Source of the DNA: an uncultured virus (IMG/VR IMGVR_UViG_3300023237_000005)
Taxonomy: Duplodnaviria > Heunggongvirae > Uroviricota > Caudoviricetes
Reading direction: 5' to 3' (one strand)
Length of the DNA stretch: 56,585 nucleotides
Virus record (IMG/VR): IMGVR_UViG_3300023237_000005
The position numbers were made by a program, and so were the translations under genes. Position 1 is the first letter of the stretch, and each line of letters begins with the position of its first letter. The notes below the pieces were generated by a model. That model was not told the origin of the DNA and ran no database searches. It worked only from the letters and a program-made list of their open reading frames with translations. Shown here one piece after another: positions 6,015-15,290 of the stretch.

Positions 6015-6985
6015 TATAAGCATTGGGAGGTTTAAGTTCCAATCAGCCTATCGGTTGACGTGAAACAGTTCGGCTGTCAATAAAATCATAGGTTGAAAAA
6101 AGAATAAGAATCTGCAAAGATTCAGAAAGGGGGAAGTGTTACACTAACCCGCCTAATTCGTTAGGTTCGTTTAAGCAAGTGACGTCTTAATTGCCACCTA
6201 GGCAAGACTTCGATACCAATCGGAGGATAAGCAGAAAGTTAGAGTTGTTGTCCCTTAGGAAAGGATACTACCAGAGCCGGTCGGTGAGGTACAATATTAT
6301 AGAGGTATAATAGCAGCAACATACCAATCTAATAAGTGCTAAATTGGATAAGTCATAGGATATGAGTCTAAGTTGATTACTAAAACGAAGGCAAGTAACC
6401 AATTTAAGAGAAGAAAGGATAGTTAAATATCCAAAGTAATCTTGAAGAATTGCACATAAGACTTAGTAAGTCTAAAACGCATAGAGGTGTGTTGTATTTT
6501 GAATCTCAAAAGGATTTAGATCAGCTGTCAGGGCACGTCTCAGTAACTTAAATAACATTAATTGTTAGCTCAGTTGGTAGAGCTCCTGTATTCTAAACAG
6601 GTTGTCGGTGGTTCAAATCCTCCACAATTGTATAAATGAAAACGCAAAGGCCTTGACACTAGTAGGAAAGCAAATTACCTAAGCCCAAAGTTCTTCGGAG
6701 CAATTTGGGATCACAGAAACTCGCAAAGTGAAAGTGATTTAATTTAAGTCTGCATCAAATCATCGTAGCGATGGTGAATGGCTCGCAAGGTCAGGAGAAT
6801 GATAAAAGTTGAGTAGACCTGCTATGGATAAGAGTATAGCCTCTCTTTAAAAAAGGCGGTAATGTTGGCAAACATTTTTGAGCTGCAAAGCTGAGAATGT
6901 GGATAAGATGAGAACCTATTGGAATAAGCCCTGATTGGATAATACATCGAAGGTGTTAACGTACAACGTGTAATCTCAACGTTTT
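6015..6985 (+). ncRNA. Large structured ncRNA, GOLLD-like, with embedded tRNA (boundaries approximate)
   Basis: ~1 kb without ORFs inside a tRNA array; many GNRA/UUCG-capped hairpins; CTCAAAAGG; GTTGAG pairing with 3' CTCAAC; internal tRNA. Confidence 0.7.
6559..6631 (+). tRNA. Atypical tRNA, anticodon TCT (Arg-like), inside the large ncRNA
   Basis: TAATTGT/ACAATTG; GCTC-AGTTGGTA-GAGC; CCTGT-ATTCTAA-ACAGG; GGTGG-TTCAAAT-CCTCC. Confidence 0.75.
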
Positions 6986-7018
6986 AAAACTTTTACAGTC
7001 AAACGAATAACGTAATAT

Positions 7019-7091
7019 CGCGGAGAAGAGCAAATGGGTGTTCGCTAGGCTCATAACCTAGAGGTTGTCGGTTCGAGTCCGACCTCCGCAA
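7019..7091 (+). tRNA. tRNA-Met(CAT), initiator type
   Basis: C1.A72 mismatch (CGCGGAG/CTCCGCA); CTAGG-CTCATAA-CCTAG. Confidence 0.92.
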
Positions 7092-7121
7092 CAGTCACAT
7101 TTCAGAATTAATATATAGCTA

Positions 7122-7973
7122 ATGAAAAGTCTATTTTTATTACTGTTTACACTTTTAGTTTCAGGTTGTTCAACTATGCATAGTGCATACGATGAACATT
7201 ATGTCATTGACCAGCCGCAAGTAGTTGAAGTTCAACATGTTCCGGTTTATGATAGTTATTATAACAATACGAATGCTTTCATCATTCGGTATTATTACCC
7301 TTACTTAATTTATTCTCAGCCGTATTATTGGAACAGTTGTAGGCATTATCATCATTCTCGCTATTATAATTATAGTTGTCCACATTATTACAATTCGTAC
7401 TATAATTGTTATGTATATACCGGGTATAGTAACTTTGGATCTTATGGAGTTCCTGGACCTCATTATAATGGTTGGGATGTAGTATATAGTAGAACTTATT
7501 ATGGGCATCGGCAGATGTGGTATAGCACGGTACCGTTGATGTCGAGAATAGCCAGAAGTACTAAGCCTGAGGTACGACAACAAGCTACACCTATTAGGCG
7601 AGACGTTAAACCTCAACGACAGTTAGAACCAAAGCCAGAAATTAGACACCAGCCTCAACGACAGGTTGAAAGACAACCACAGCCAGAAATTAGACACCAG
7701 CCTCAACGACAGTTACAGCCAAAGCCAGAAATTAGACACCAGCCTCAACGACAGTTACAGCCAAAGCCAGAAATTAGACACCAGCCTCAACGACAGTTGC
7801 AGCCAAAGCCAGAAATTAGACACCAGCCTCAACGACAAGTTGAAAGACAACACCAGCCTCAACGACAAGTTACACCTCAACAACAGCAATATAGAAGGCC
7901 TAGGACTCAGACTCAATATCCTAAGGTAATACCTATTAAAACATCGACGTTAAATCAAAAGCGTCCAAGATAA
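7122..7973 (+). CDS. Lipoprotein with Tyr-rich region and Gln/Pro/Arg-rich repeat tail
   Basis: Lipobox-like VSGC after a hydrophobic signal; PEIRHQPQRQ repeats. Confidence 0.8.
   Translation: MKSLFLLLFTLLVSGCSTMHSAYDEHYVIDQPQVVEVQHVPVYDSYYNNTNAFIIRYYYPYLIYSQPYYWNSCRHYHHSRYYNYSCPHYYNSYYNCYVYTGYSNFGSYGVPGPHYNGWDVVYSRTYYGHRQMWYSTVPLMSRIARSTKPEVRQQATPIRRDVKPQRQLEPKPEIRHQPQRQVERQPQPEIRHQPQRQLQPKPEIRHQPQRQLQPKPEIRHQPQRQLQPKPEIRHQPQRQVERQHQPQRQVTPQQQQYRRPRTQTQYPKVIPIKTSTLNQKRPR
7611..7872 (+). repeat. Coding tandem repeat, ~42-bp unit (QPKPEIRHQPQRQL), 5 copies plus partial
   Basis: Repeated ccaaagccagaaattagacaccagcctcaacgacag. Confidence 0.9.
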
Positions 7974-7977
7974 AGAT

Positions 7978-8244
7978 ATGGAATTAATATGCATATTTGC
8001 TATCATTTGTACACATTGGGTTACAGACTTCGTCTTTCAAGATGAAAAATGGGCACTTGGAAAAAGTAAAAGCAATAGAGAACTTCTAAAGCATACGATA
8101 ACGTATTCACTGTTATTATTTCCTTTAGCAATCTTTCTCGGTTGGAATATCATTCCATTCATACTTATCAATTTTATATTGTATAGTTATATTACAACAG
8201 AATTAAATAAACGAAATGAAAAAACCAGAGGTAATGACAGATGA
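7978..8244 (+). CDS. DUF3307-like membrane protein, probably truncated
   Basis: HWVTDFVFQ...K....LL.H...Y motif. Confidence 0.6.
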   Translation: MELICIFAIICTHWVTDFVFQDEKWALGKSKSNRELLKHTITYSLLLFPLAIFLGWNIIPFILINFILYSYITTELNKRNEKTRGNDR

Positions 8245-8452
8245 GCAGCTGCTCGAATGTAAACAATTCCTGGACTATTTTAGGGTTAAGTACGATGGTA
8301 AAGTCATTGAAATTAACTCGGGTGGAAATGGCATGGTTTTTAGAACTGATGGTAAGTTTTCTGAAAACTTTGTTGGATGTTCAATTAATAGTATTGCAGA
8401 AGCAGTAGCTAGAAAATTAGGAAAGAAAATACAAAGAGAACAAGAATACTAA
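8216..8452 (+). CDS. Hypothetical protein
   Basis: ORF track. Confidence 0.55.
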   Translation: MKKPEVMTDEQLLECKQFLDYFRVKYDGKVIEINSGGNGMVFRTDGKFSENFVGCSINSIAEAVARKLGKKIQREQEY

Positions 8453-8459
8453 AATATAC

Positions 8460-8526
8460 GGTGGATGTAGTGGTAACACGACTGCTTGTGGTGCAGTTAT
8501 CGAGGGTTCAACTCCCTTCGTCTACC
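8460..8526 (+). tRNA. tRNA-His(GTG) with G-1 and shortened D-arm
   Basis: G-1/C73; GTGGATG/CGTCTAC; ACTGC-TTGTGGT-GCAGT; D-arm only GTG-GTAA-CAC. Confidence 0.85.
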
Positions 8527-8528
8527 CA

Positions 8529-8694
8529 AAAGAAGAGAAGTAGTTAAAGCTGTTAGGTTAACAAACTCAGATATACTTGAGTCACTGTAATGCTGCACTG
8601 GGAGAATGACCCACTTACGAACAAAGGTTAATAGTAGTAAGACAGAGTTTATAGCAAACCAGTAACCTCGAAAGACCCGAAGCTTCTCTTCTTT
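8529..8694 (+). ncRNA. 166-nt structured RNA of unknown class between tRNA-His and tRNA-Cys
   Basis: Perfect 12-bp closing stem AAAGAAGAGAAG/CTTCTCTTCTTT; internal AAACTC/GAGTTT and AGGTTA/TAACCT pairings. Confidence 0.6.
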
Positions 8695-8700
8695 ATTATT

Positions 8701-8773
8701 GGTCGCGTGGCCGAGTGGCTTTAGGCATAGGACTGCAAATCCTACTACGTGTGTTCGACTCACACCGCGACCT
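8701..8773 (+). tRNA. tRNA-Cys(GCA)
   Basis: GGTCGCG/CGCGACC; TAGGA-CTGCAAA-TCCTA; U73. Confidence 0.95.
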
Positions 8774-8859
8774 CAATCTCATATTTATCATTATTTTTAC
8801 ATCTAAAATGTACAAGCTATGACAATAATAGTTATATTGATAATATAAATAAAGCTGAT

Positions 8860-9102
8860 ATGGTAGGATTAGAAAAGTATACAGATGGTCTGCAGATGGA
8901 TAAGTTTCCAACCATCAAAGAGATAAGTGTTTACAGCAACATTTATTGTGTAGGTTTTGATGGCGATCTTCTATTTGGAGAAGCTGACGATGACAACACA
9001 ACTGAATGGTTCTTGGTTGAAAATGAGTCTTTTAAGTATCTTGGAGAATCCCATACAACAGAAGGTGATAAATTGATTAGGTATAAGACAAGGCAAACGT
9101 AA
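8860..9102 (+). CDS. Hypothetical protein
   Basis: In-frame ATG at 8860 of ORF 8749..9102, whose upstream part overlaps tRNA-Cys. Confidence 0.55.
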   Translation: MVGLEKYTDGLQMDKFPTIKEISVYSNIYCVGFDGDLLFGEADDDNTTEWFLVENESFKYLGESHTTEGDKLIRYKTRQT

Positions 9103-9233
9103 GAGAAGGTAAACCAAGTTTTGTTAAATAAGAACATTATGATAACAGTATCACAAACATAGATAGCAGGACTGGTCAATATATGAAATTGTTTAACAAA
9201 ACTATAACTTCACGTTATAATAAATAAAGGAAA

Positions 9234-10043
9234 ATGAAAGTTCTAAGCTTAGGTGATATTCATGGAAGAGATGTTTGGAAAACTATTCTCTTTGGCTCTA
9301 ATGTAGCTTATGATCATTGGAAGATTGCAGTTTTTGAAGGTGCACCTTTTGATTATGATGAAAGCTTACCATTTATGGAGTATGATCAGATCATATTTGT
9401 AGGTGATTATGTTGATAGTTTTGACATTTACTCTGCATTGATTATTCATAACTTGAAAGAGATCATTGAATTTAAGAAAGCAGTAGGTGATAAGGTTATA
9501 CTCCTAATAGGAAATCACGACATATCTTATTTTGTGGATGGTCATAGATGTAGTGGTCACAGACCTGAAAGTCAAATTGACATCGATCTTATCTTCAAAG
9601 GTAATCTTGATCTGTTTAAATTTGCACATCAGTTAGAAATTACTGGTAAGACATATCTTTGGACACATGCTGGAGTTACTAATAACTGGCTTAAAGAAAT
9701 GAGAAGCGAATTATATTCTGGGACGATGAGGTTTGCTGATATCGTTAAAGAAAGTCCTACTGATACTTATGAAGACGAATTAAATTTAGCATGGCAATTT
9801 AAACTGCCTAGCATATTTAATTGCGACGCAGATAGTGGGGGTTATAGCTCTTATGCTGGTCCAGTTTGGGTAAGACCAAGAAGACTTAATCATGATGCTG
9901 TACGTGGAATTAATCAAATTGTAGGTCATACTATGAGAGATAGAGTCATAGAAACGAAAGTTAATGATGATACTACACTGTGGTATATTGACTGCTTGGA
10001 GTTTGGAGACGAAAAGGTTTTTAAGCTAATCATAGATACATGA
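9234..10043 (+). CDS. Calcineurin-like metallophosphoesterase
   Basis: GDIHG, GDYVD, GNHD, HAG, VGHT motifs. Confidence 0.92.
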   Translation: MKVLSLGDIHGRDVWKTILFGSNVAYDHWKIAVFEGAPFDYDESLPFMEYDQIIFVGDYVDSFDIYSALIIHNLKEIIEFKKAVGDKVILLIGNHDISYFVDGHRCSGHRPESQIDIDLIFKGNLDLFKFAHQLEITGKTYLWTHAGVTNNWLKEMRSELYSGTMRFADIVKESPTDTYEDELNLAWQFKLPSIFNCDADSGGYSSYAGPVWVRPRRLNHDAVRGINQIVGHTMRDRVIETKVNDDTTLWYIDCLEFGDEKVFKLIIDT

Positions 10044-10228
10044 TGAAGAAAGACTATTTCTGGATAAAGCGTATAATTGAGTGCGGGACTAATGAAAATA
10101 AACATCGTCCCGCACTTCTTATGCTAATAAAGCTCTTTGAAAAGAAATGGAAAGCACATCCATCGGTAAATCCATCATTTTTGAATATGAGTCTTAAGAG
10201 TTTAAATTATTGTTTAAAACAAGTTTAA
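10040..10228 (+). CDS. Hypothetical protein
   Basis: ORF overlapping upstream stop. Confidence 0.55.
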   Translation: MMKKDYFWIKRIIECGTNENKHRPALLMLIKLFEKKWKAHPSVNPSFLNMSLKSLNYCLKQV

Positions 10229-10250
10229 ATAAATGCCATATAAATAATCA

Positions 10251-12149
10251 ATGGCATCAATAGATAAGAAGTACCAAAAGCTTACAGATGTAGAACACGT
10301 TCTACACAGGCCGGGCATGTACGTTGGCTCTATCAAAACACATACAGAAGAGTGTTGGATTTTAGAGAATGGCAAGTTTGTATTAAAGTGGGTTAGCTAT
10401 AATCCTGGCTTTCTAAAGTTATTCGATGAGATTATTTCAAACTCAGTTGACGAACATATTCGTGATCCTAAGCTTACTAAAATTAAGGTTACGATAGACC
10501 AACAGGCACACCGGATAACTGTCCATGACAACGGTGGTATACCAGTAAAAATTCATAGTAAGTACAACGAGTGGATCCCAGAAATGATCTTCTCTAACCT
10601 TAAAGCTGGTAGTAATTTTGATGACACAGAACAAAGGATAGTTGTAGGTACTAACGGTGTTGGTTCTACACTTACGAATATCTTCTCTCACGAATTTTCA
10701 ATATCAACATGTGATGGTAAAAAGAAATTCGTTCAGAAGTTCACTAAGAACATGTCTGTTCGGACCAAACCAAAAATTACAAGCGGTAAAGTAGGCTCTA
10801 CTGAAATTTCATTTATACCTGACCTGAAAAGATTTGGTATGATGAGTATTGACGATGGTGCAATTGCAATGATTAAGAAGCGAATGTTAGATATCGCAGC
10901 TTGCAATACTTCATTGTCATTAGAACTTAATGGTGAGAAGTTAAAGTATTCATCATTTAAACAATATGCTGAGTGTTATACTTCACCTGTACTCTACGAA
11001 GCATCTAAAAACTGGAAGATAGGTGTAGGTCATTCCACAAATGGTTTCCGAGCTATATCATTTGTAAATTCAGTAGAAACGAAAGACGGTGGTACACATG
11101 TAAATGTTATACTTAACCAAATCGTTAAGTCTATGCGGGAATTAATAATTAAGAAGTATAAGTATGATGTAAAACCATCTGACATCAAGCAGCATATATT
11201 TCTATTCATAGATTCTACTATTGTAAATCCAGCATTCTCATCTCAAACTAAAGAGAAGCTTATCACTGAACCGAGAGAATTTGGAAGTGAACATGAAATA
11301 TCTGAGAAGTTGCTTGTGGCAATTTATAAATCTGAAATCCTTCAATCCGTATTAGATTGGATGGAGCAAAAACAAGATGCAGAAGCTAAGCGAGAATTAC
11401 GCAAAGCTAATAGCTCACTTGATCGTAGTAAAGTTACTAAGCTCGTAGATGCAAAAGCCAGAGGTGACAGAAGTAACTGTACTTTGGCAGTGTTTGAGGG
11501 AGATTCTGCGTCTTCTGCCTTTAAAACCTACCGAGATCCAAAGACGCAAGGTGCCTTTCCATTAAGGGGAAAGTTTATAAATGTAACGGGTGCTAAAGCT
11601 ACGAAGGTAATTCAGAATAAAGAAGTCATATCGTTGATGGCATCTTTAGGATTACAGATAGGAAAGCCAGCCAAGAATCTAAGATATGGTAAAGTATTGC
11701 TGTACACGGACGCAGATTTCGATGGCAATGCGATTTCTGGACTTCTTATTAACTTCTTTGCTAAATACTGGCCTGAAATGCTAGAACATGGTATGATATG
11801 TAAAGTAGATACTCCCCTTTTAGTTGCACGCAAAGGAAAGAAAATTTTATCTTTCTATACTGATGATGAGTACACTTCTTGGCTTAGTAAAACAAAGGAT
11901 GTAAAACAGTGGGATATAGAATATAAGAAAGGATTAGCAGCACTTGAGAACGATGAATATAAAGAGATCATCAAAAATCCAAACATATACGTATTTAAGC
12001 CTGACGATATGTATGAAGATACACTCTTATCTTGGTTCGGAGATGATTCTTCTCCACGCAAAGATAGGATTATGGGTGTAGAATTACCAAAGAAAGTAAT
12101 TCGTTCTAAGAAAAAAAGCAGCAGAATACAAAATGCTAAATTATTCTAA
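10251..12149 (+). CDS. Type IIA DNA topoisomerase, ATPase/TOPRIM subunit (T4 gp39+60-like)
   Basis: EHVLHRPGMYVGS, EIISNSVD, GTNGVG, EGDSA, PLRGK, TDADFDG, KGLA. Confidence 0.97.
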   Translation: MASIDKKYQKLTDVEHVLHRPGMYVGSIKTHTEECWILENGKFVLKWVSYNPGFLKLFDEIISNSVDEHIRDPKLTKIKVTIDQQAHRITVHDNGGIPVKIHSKYNEWIPEMIFSNLKAGSNFDDTEQRIVVGTNGVGSTLTNIFSHEFSISTCDGKKKFVQKFTKNMSVRTKPKITSGKVGSTEISFIPDLKRFGMMSIDDGAIAMIKKRMLDIAACNTSLSLELNGEKLKYSSFKQYAECYTSPVLYEASKNWKIGVGHSTNGFRAISFVNSVETKDGGTHVNVILNQIVKSMRELIIKKYKYDVKPSDIKQHIFLFIDSTIVNPAFSSQTKEKLITEPREFGSEHEISEKLLVAIYKSEILQSVLDWMEQKQDAEAKRELRKANSSLDRSKVTKLVDAKARGDRSNCTLAVFEGDSASSAFKTYRDPKTQGAFPLRGKFINVTGAKATKVIQNKEVISLMASLGLQIGKPAKNLRYGKVLLYTDADFDGNAISGLLINFFAKYWPEMLEHGMICKVDTPLLVARKGKKILSFYTDDEYTSWLSKTKDVKQWDIEYKKGLAALENDEYKEIIKNPNIYVFKPDDMYEDTLLSWFGDDSSPRKDRIMGVELPKKVIRSKKKSSRIQNAKLF

Positions 12150-13492
12150 TGAGAGAAAGATTAATAACATCGTTTTTTGATACAGAGTATCTTGAATATG
12201 CACGATATGTAGTTTCTAGTCGAGCAATCCCACATCTTGTAGATGGTCTTAAGCCATCTCAGCGTAAGATCATCCATGTTGCTAATAAAATATGGAAGCC
12301 AGGTCAGTCGAAGCAGATGAAGCTTTTTCAATTGGCTGGACGAGTTGCAGCTGATGCCTACTACCACCATGGTTCAAGTTCTTTAGAAAGCGCAATGGTT
12401 AATATGACTCAAACATTTAAGAATTCATTGCCACTTCTCAGGGGTCATGGTCAGTTTGGAACATTGAGAGAACCAGATGCTGGCGCCCCTCGTTATATCG
12501 GTGCTTCACTTCATCCTAACTTTCATTTAATTTACAAAGACTTCGATTTATTAGAACCTAAGACAGAGGAAGGATATGAAATCGAACCCGAATTCTTTTT
12601 GCCAATTATCCCAACAGTCATTTTAAATGGTACATCAGGTATAGCAGTCGGGTTTGCCACTAAAATCTTGAACAGGAAGCCACTTGATGTTATAAATGCT
12701 TGCATAGATGTATTAAACGGAAAGGAACTTAAGCCTCTTATACCTTGGATTAAAGGCTTTGATGGAGAGTTCAAAAGGAATATATTAAATCCCAATTCCT
12801 GGACACTCCATGGTAAGTACAAAGTAGTAAACACAACAACTGTTCATATAAGTGAAATACCACCAAACATTACATGTGAAAGCTATGAAGAACATCTTAT
12901 CACATTATTAGATAAGAAGATAATTTCTGACTACGAAGATAACTGTTCAGGTAGTATTGATTATACGATAAAGTTTAAAAGAGTAGGACTTAAAGATCTA
13001 ATCACGAAAGGTAAACTTGAAAAGGTGTTGCGATTAGCATCTAAAGATACAGAGAATCTAACAGTATTAGATGAAACTGGAACACTTAAGATATTCTTAT
13101 CAGCAGAAGATATCGTTCATCATTTTGTCAATGTAAGATTAACCTATTATGATAAGAGAAAATTCTTACTGATAGATAATCTAGAACGGTCTATTATTAG
13201 ATTGACGAATATGGCTAGGTTCATAAAAGACATTATTGATGGAAAACTCAAAGTCAATAACGTAGCTAAAACGACAATTATTTCTTATTTAGAAAAACAC
13301 AAATACGATAAGATAGAAGATTCATTTGGATATCTGCTGAACATGCCGATTTATTCATTGACTAAAGAGCGGTTCGAAGACTTACTTAAAAAGAAAGGAG
13401 AAGCAGAAACAGACCTAAGTCATACTAAAACACTACAAGCAAAGGACATGTATCTTGAAGACTTAACTAAACTTAAAAAAGAATTAACGTAA
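12149..13492 (+). CDS. Type IIA DNA topoisomerase, breakage-reunion subunit (T4 gp52-like)
   Basis: RAIP..VDGLKPSQRK, YHHG, APRY catalytic Tyr, NGTSGIAVGFAT. Confidence 0.97.
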   Translation: MRERLITSFFDTEYLEYARYVVSSRAIPHLVDGLKPSQRKIIHVANKIWKPGQSKQMKLFQLAGRVAADAYYHHGSSSLESAMVNMTQTFKNSLPLLRGHGQFGTLREPDAGAPRYIGASLHPNFHLIYKDFDLLEPKTEEGYEIEPEFFLPIIPTVILNGTSGIAVGFATKILNRKPLDVINACIDVLNGKELKPLIPWIKGFDGEFKRNILNPNSWTLHGKYKVVNTTTVHISEIPPNITCESYEEHLITLLDKKIISDYEDNCSGSIDYTIKFKRVGLKDLITKGKLEKVLRLASKDTENLTVLDETGTLKIFLSAEDIVHHFVNVRLTYYDKRKFLLIDNLERSIIRLTNMARFIKDIIDGKLKVNNVAKTTIISYLEKHKYDKIEDSFGYLLNMPIYSLTKERFEDLLKKKGEAETDLSHTKTLQAKDMYLEDLTKLKKELT

Positions 13493-13788
13493 TGGAAAGC
13501 GAAACTACAAGAAATCTAGCACTATATGTTGAAGATCATATTATGGAAGAAGTGTATGACGATATAGAAGCTGGAATAGAAAAAGATCTTTTATCATACC
13601 TTCCAAAAACTGAAGAAGTTAAAAGTGTATTCTTAAGACATCTTAATGTTTTATTTGTTGACTTCGCATTGAACAGAAGTAATGAATTTAAAGATCCTGG
13701 TAAGGCTACACAGAAAGCTTATTTATGTTCACGAATTACGAAAGCTATTGTTAGCGATGAACATAGAGTAGAAAAGAAAACGTGCTAA
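13492..13788 (+). CDS. Hypothetical protein
   Basis: Coupled to the topoisomerase gene. Confidence 0.6.
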   Translation: MESETTRNLALYVEDHIMEEVYDDIEAGIEKDLLSYLPKTEEVKSVFLRHLNVLFVDFALNRSNEFKDPGKATQKAYLCSRITKAIVSDEHRVEKKTC

Positions 13789-13810
13789 GTCTTAAACTTT
13801 TCTATGAACT

Positions 13811-13996
13811 TTGAATAAAATAGTTATGGGAAATACTACATATTGGTTCGCTACTACTTATGGAGGGCAACAGTCTATATCTGTAATGAGAGAAACTGAG
13901 GCTGAGGCCTGGGAGGCAGTAGCTCAAGTGAAAGATCTCCCAGTGGAAGAGGTTAAGAAATTAATGAAAATAATAAAACAAGATGCTATTAAATAG
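13811..13996 (+). CDS. Hypothetical protein
   Basis: ORF track. Confidence 0.5.
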   Translation: MNKIVMGNTTYWFATTYGGQQSISVMRETEAEAWEAVAQVKDLPVEEVKKLMKIIKQDAIK

Positions 13997-14210
13997 TCAA
14001 GTAGAAAGTAATTCAAGTACAATTAAGAAATGCTATTATGACTTTACGTCAGGTACATTAAAAGTAGAGTTTGCCGGTGGTTCACTTTATGAATATGCAA
14101 ATGTTTCATCTGGAGATTACGATGATTTATGTAAAGCAGAATCTCAAGGAAAGTTCTTTTCTGAAAAGATAAAAACTAAATATGAATTTACTAAACTACT
14201 TACGGATTGA
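13983..14210 (+). CDS. KTSC domain protein
   Basis: SS.I...YD....L.VEF..GS.YEY.NV....Y..L..AES.GKFF. Confidence 0.9.
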   Translation: MLLNSQVESNSSTIKKCYYDFTSGTLKVEFAGGSLYEYANVSSGDYDDLCKAESQGKFFSEKIKTKYEFTKLLTD

Positions 14211-14686
14211 GCCGGGTAGTATTAGCAGGGAAAGCTGCAAGTGGTAAAGATCACATGCGTAAGTTGCTTGAATCTCGAGGATTTAAGTACGGTGTGTCGT
14301 ATACTACACGCCCACCAAGAGAAGGTGAAGTTGAGGGTAAAGACTATTTCTTTTTAACGAAGGAACGGTTTTTAGACTTGGCTGAACTTGATTATTGGTA
14401 TGAATATGTAGAGTTTAACGGTTGGTTCTATGGAACAAGCCAAGAGCAATTCCATGATACTTGTAACTTGTTCATAATGACTCCATATGGCATAAGTCTA
14501 ATCCGCAAAGAAGACCGGGCTAACACTACAATATTTTATGTTGATATTTCACATGCAGTTCGTATACAGCGTTTAGGTGAACGAGATATGCCAGGTGATA
14601 CTACATTGCGGAGAATAGAAGCTGATGAAAAAGATTTCAAAACATTCACAGATTTTGACATAAGAATAACAAACCCAGAATTTTAA
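14207..14686 (+). CDS. gmk: Guanylate kinase-like
   Basis: GKAASGKD; VSYTTRPPREGEVEGKDYFF; YGT. Confidence 0.9.
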   Translation: MSRVVLAGKAASGKDHMRKLLESRGFKYGVSYTTRPPREGEVEGKDYFFLTKERFLDLAELDYWYEYVEFNGWFYGTSQEQFHDTCNLFIMTPYGISLIRKEDRANTTIFYVDISHAVRIQRLGERDMPGDTTLRRIEADEKDFKTFTDFDIRITNPEF

Positions 14687-14687
14687 T

Positions 14688-15290
14688 ATGGAAGACAAGA
14701 AATCAATGTTTATAATCGTCGAGGGGATAGACAGATGTGGAAAGAATACTCAACAAGATCTTATTATAGAAAAACTTAAAGACAGAGTATTTCATAAAGT
14801 ACATTATTCTGCGCTTCCATTTAAAGAGAAAGATAAACTTGTTCTTCACTCATCTAAGATGTATACTCAGATGTTTGAAATGATGTATGCTCTAAAAGAC
14901 AGATCAATAAATGTTATCTTTAATAGATCACATTTGGGTGAAACTGTTTACTCTCCACTATATCGTGGCTATAGTGGAGACTTTGTTTTTGATATTGAGA
15001 AAAAACATCTCCCAGCAGTAAAGGATCAGGTCTATCTTATTACTCTTATCAATGATCCAGTTATTCTTTTAGGTAGAGATGATGGGAAATCATTAAGTAC
15101 AACTGAGGATGACATAAGAGCAGAATGCGAAGGGTTCATGTTAGCACATCGTACAAGTAAGATTAAGAATAAGTTGTTAATCAACGTAGGTACAATGGGA
15201 CCTGAGGAAGTGTCAAACATTATTGTGGATTTCTTATTGGAAGAACCTTTAGCTTATAATAATCAACAGAAAACGTTAGATTTAGTATGA
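14688..15290 (+). CDS. Thymidylate/dNMP kinase
   Basis: IIVEGIDRCGKNT P-loop; FNRSHLGE.VY..LYR. Confidence 0.85.
   Translation: MEDKKSMFIIVEGIDRCGKNTQQDLIIEKLKDRVFHKVHYSALPFKEKDKLVLHSSKMYTQMFEMMYALKDRSINVIFNRSHLGETVYSPLYRGYSGDFVFDIEKKHLPAVKDQVYLITLINDPVILLGRDDGKSLSTTEDDIRAECEGFMLAHRTSKIKNKLLINVGTMGPEEVSNIIVDFLLEEPLAYNNQQKTLDLV

Noticed and set aside
6559..6631. Amber suppressor tRNA (CTA) and stop-codon recoding
   Set aside because: The 5-bp stem CCTGT/ACAGG centres the loop on TCT, not CTA. Conserved genes end normally at TAG (e.g. 43035) and long ORFs are intact in code 11.
7611..7872. CRISPR array
   Set aside because: Repeats are adjacent, in-frame coding units without unique spacers, and there is no cas operon. 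The Cas4-like gene at 19160 is a common stand-alone phage nuclease.
8529..8694. RNase P RNA or theta (HDV-like) ribozyme
   Set aside because: No GAGGAAAGTCC-type P4 motif and too short for RNase P. It does not start with the G-initiated nested pseudoknot at the tRNA 3' end that theta ribozymes show.
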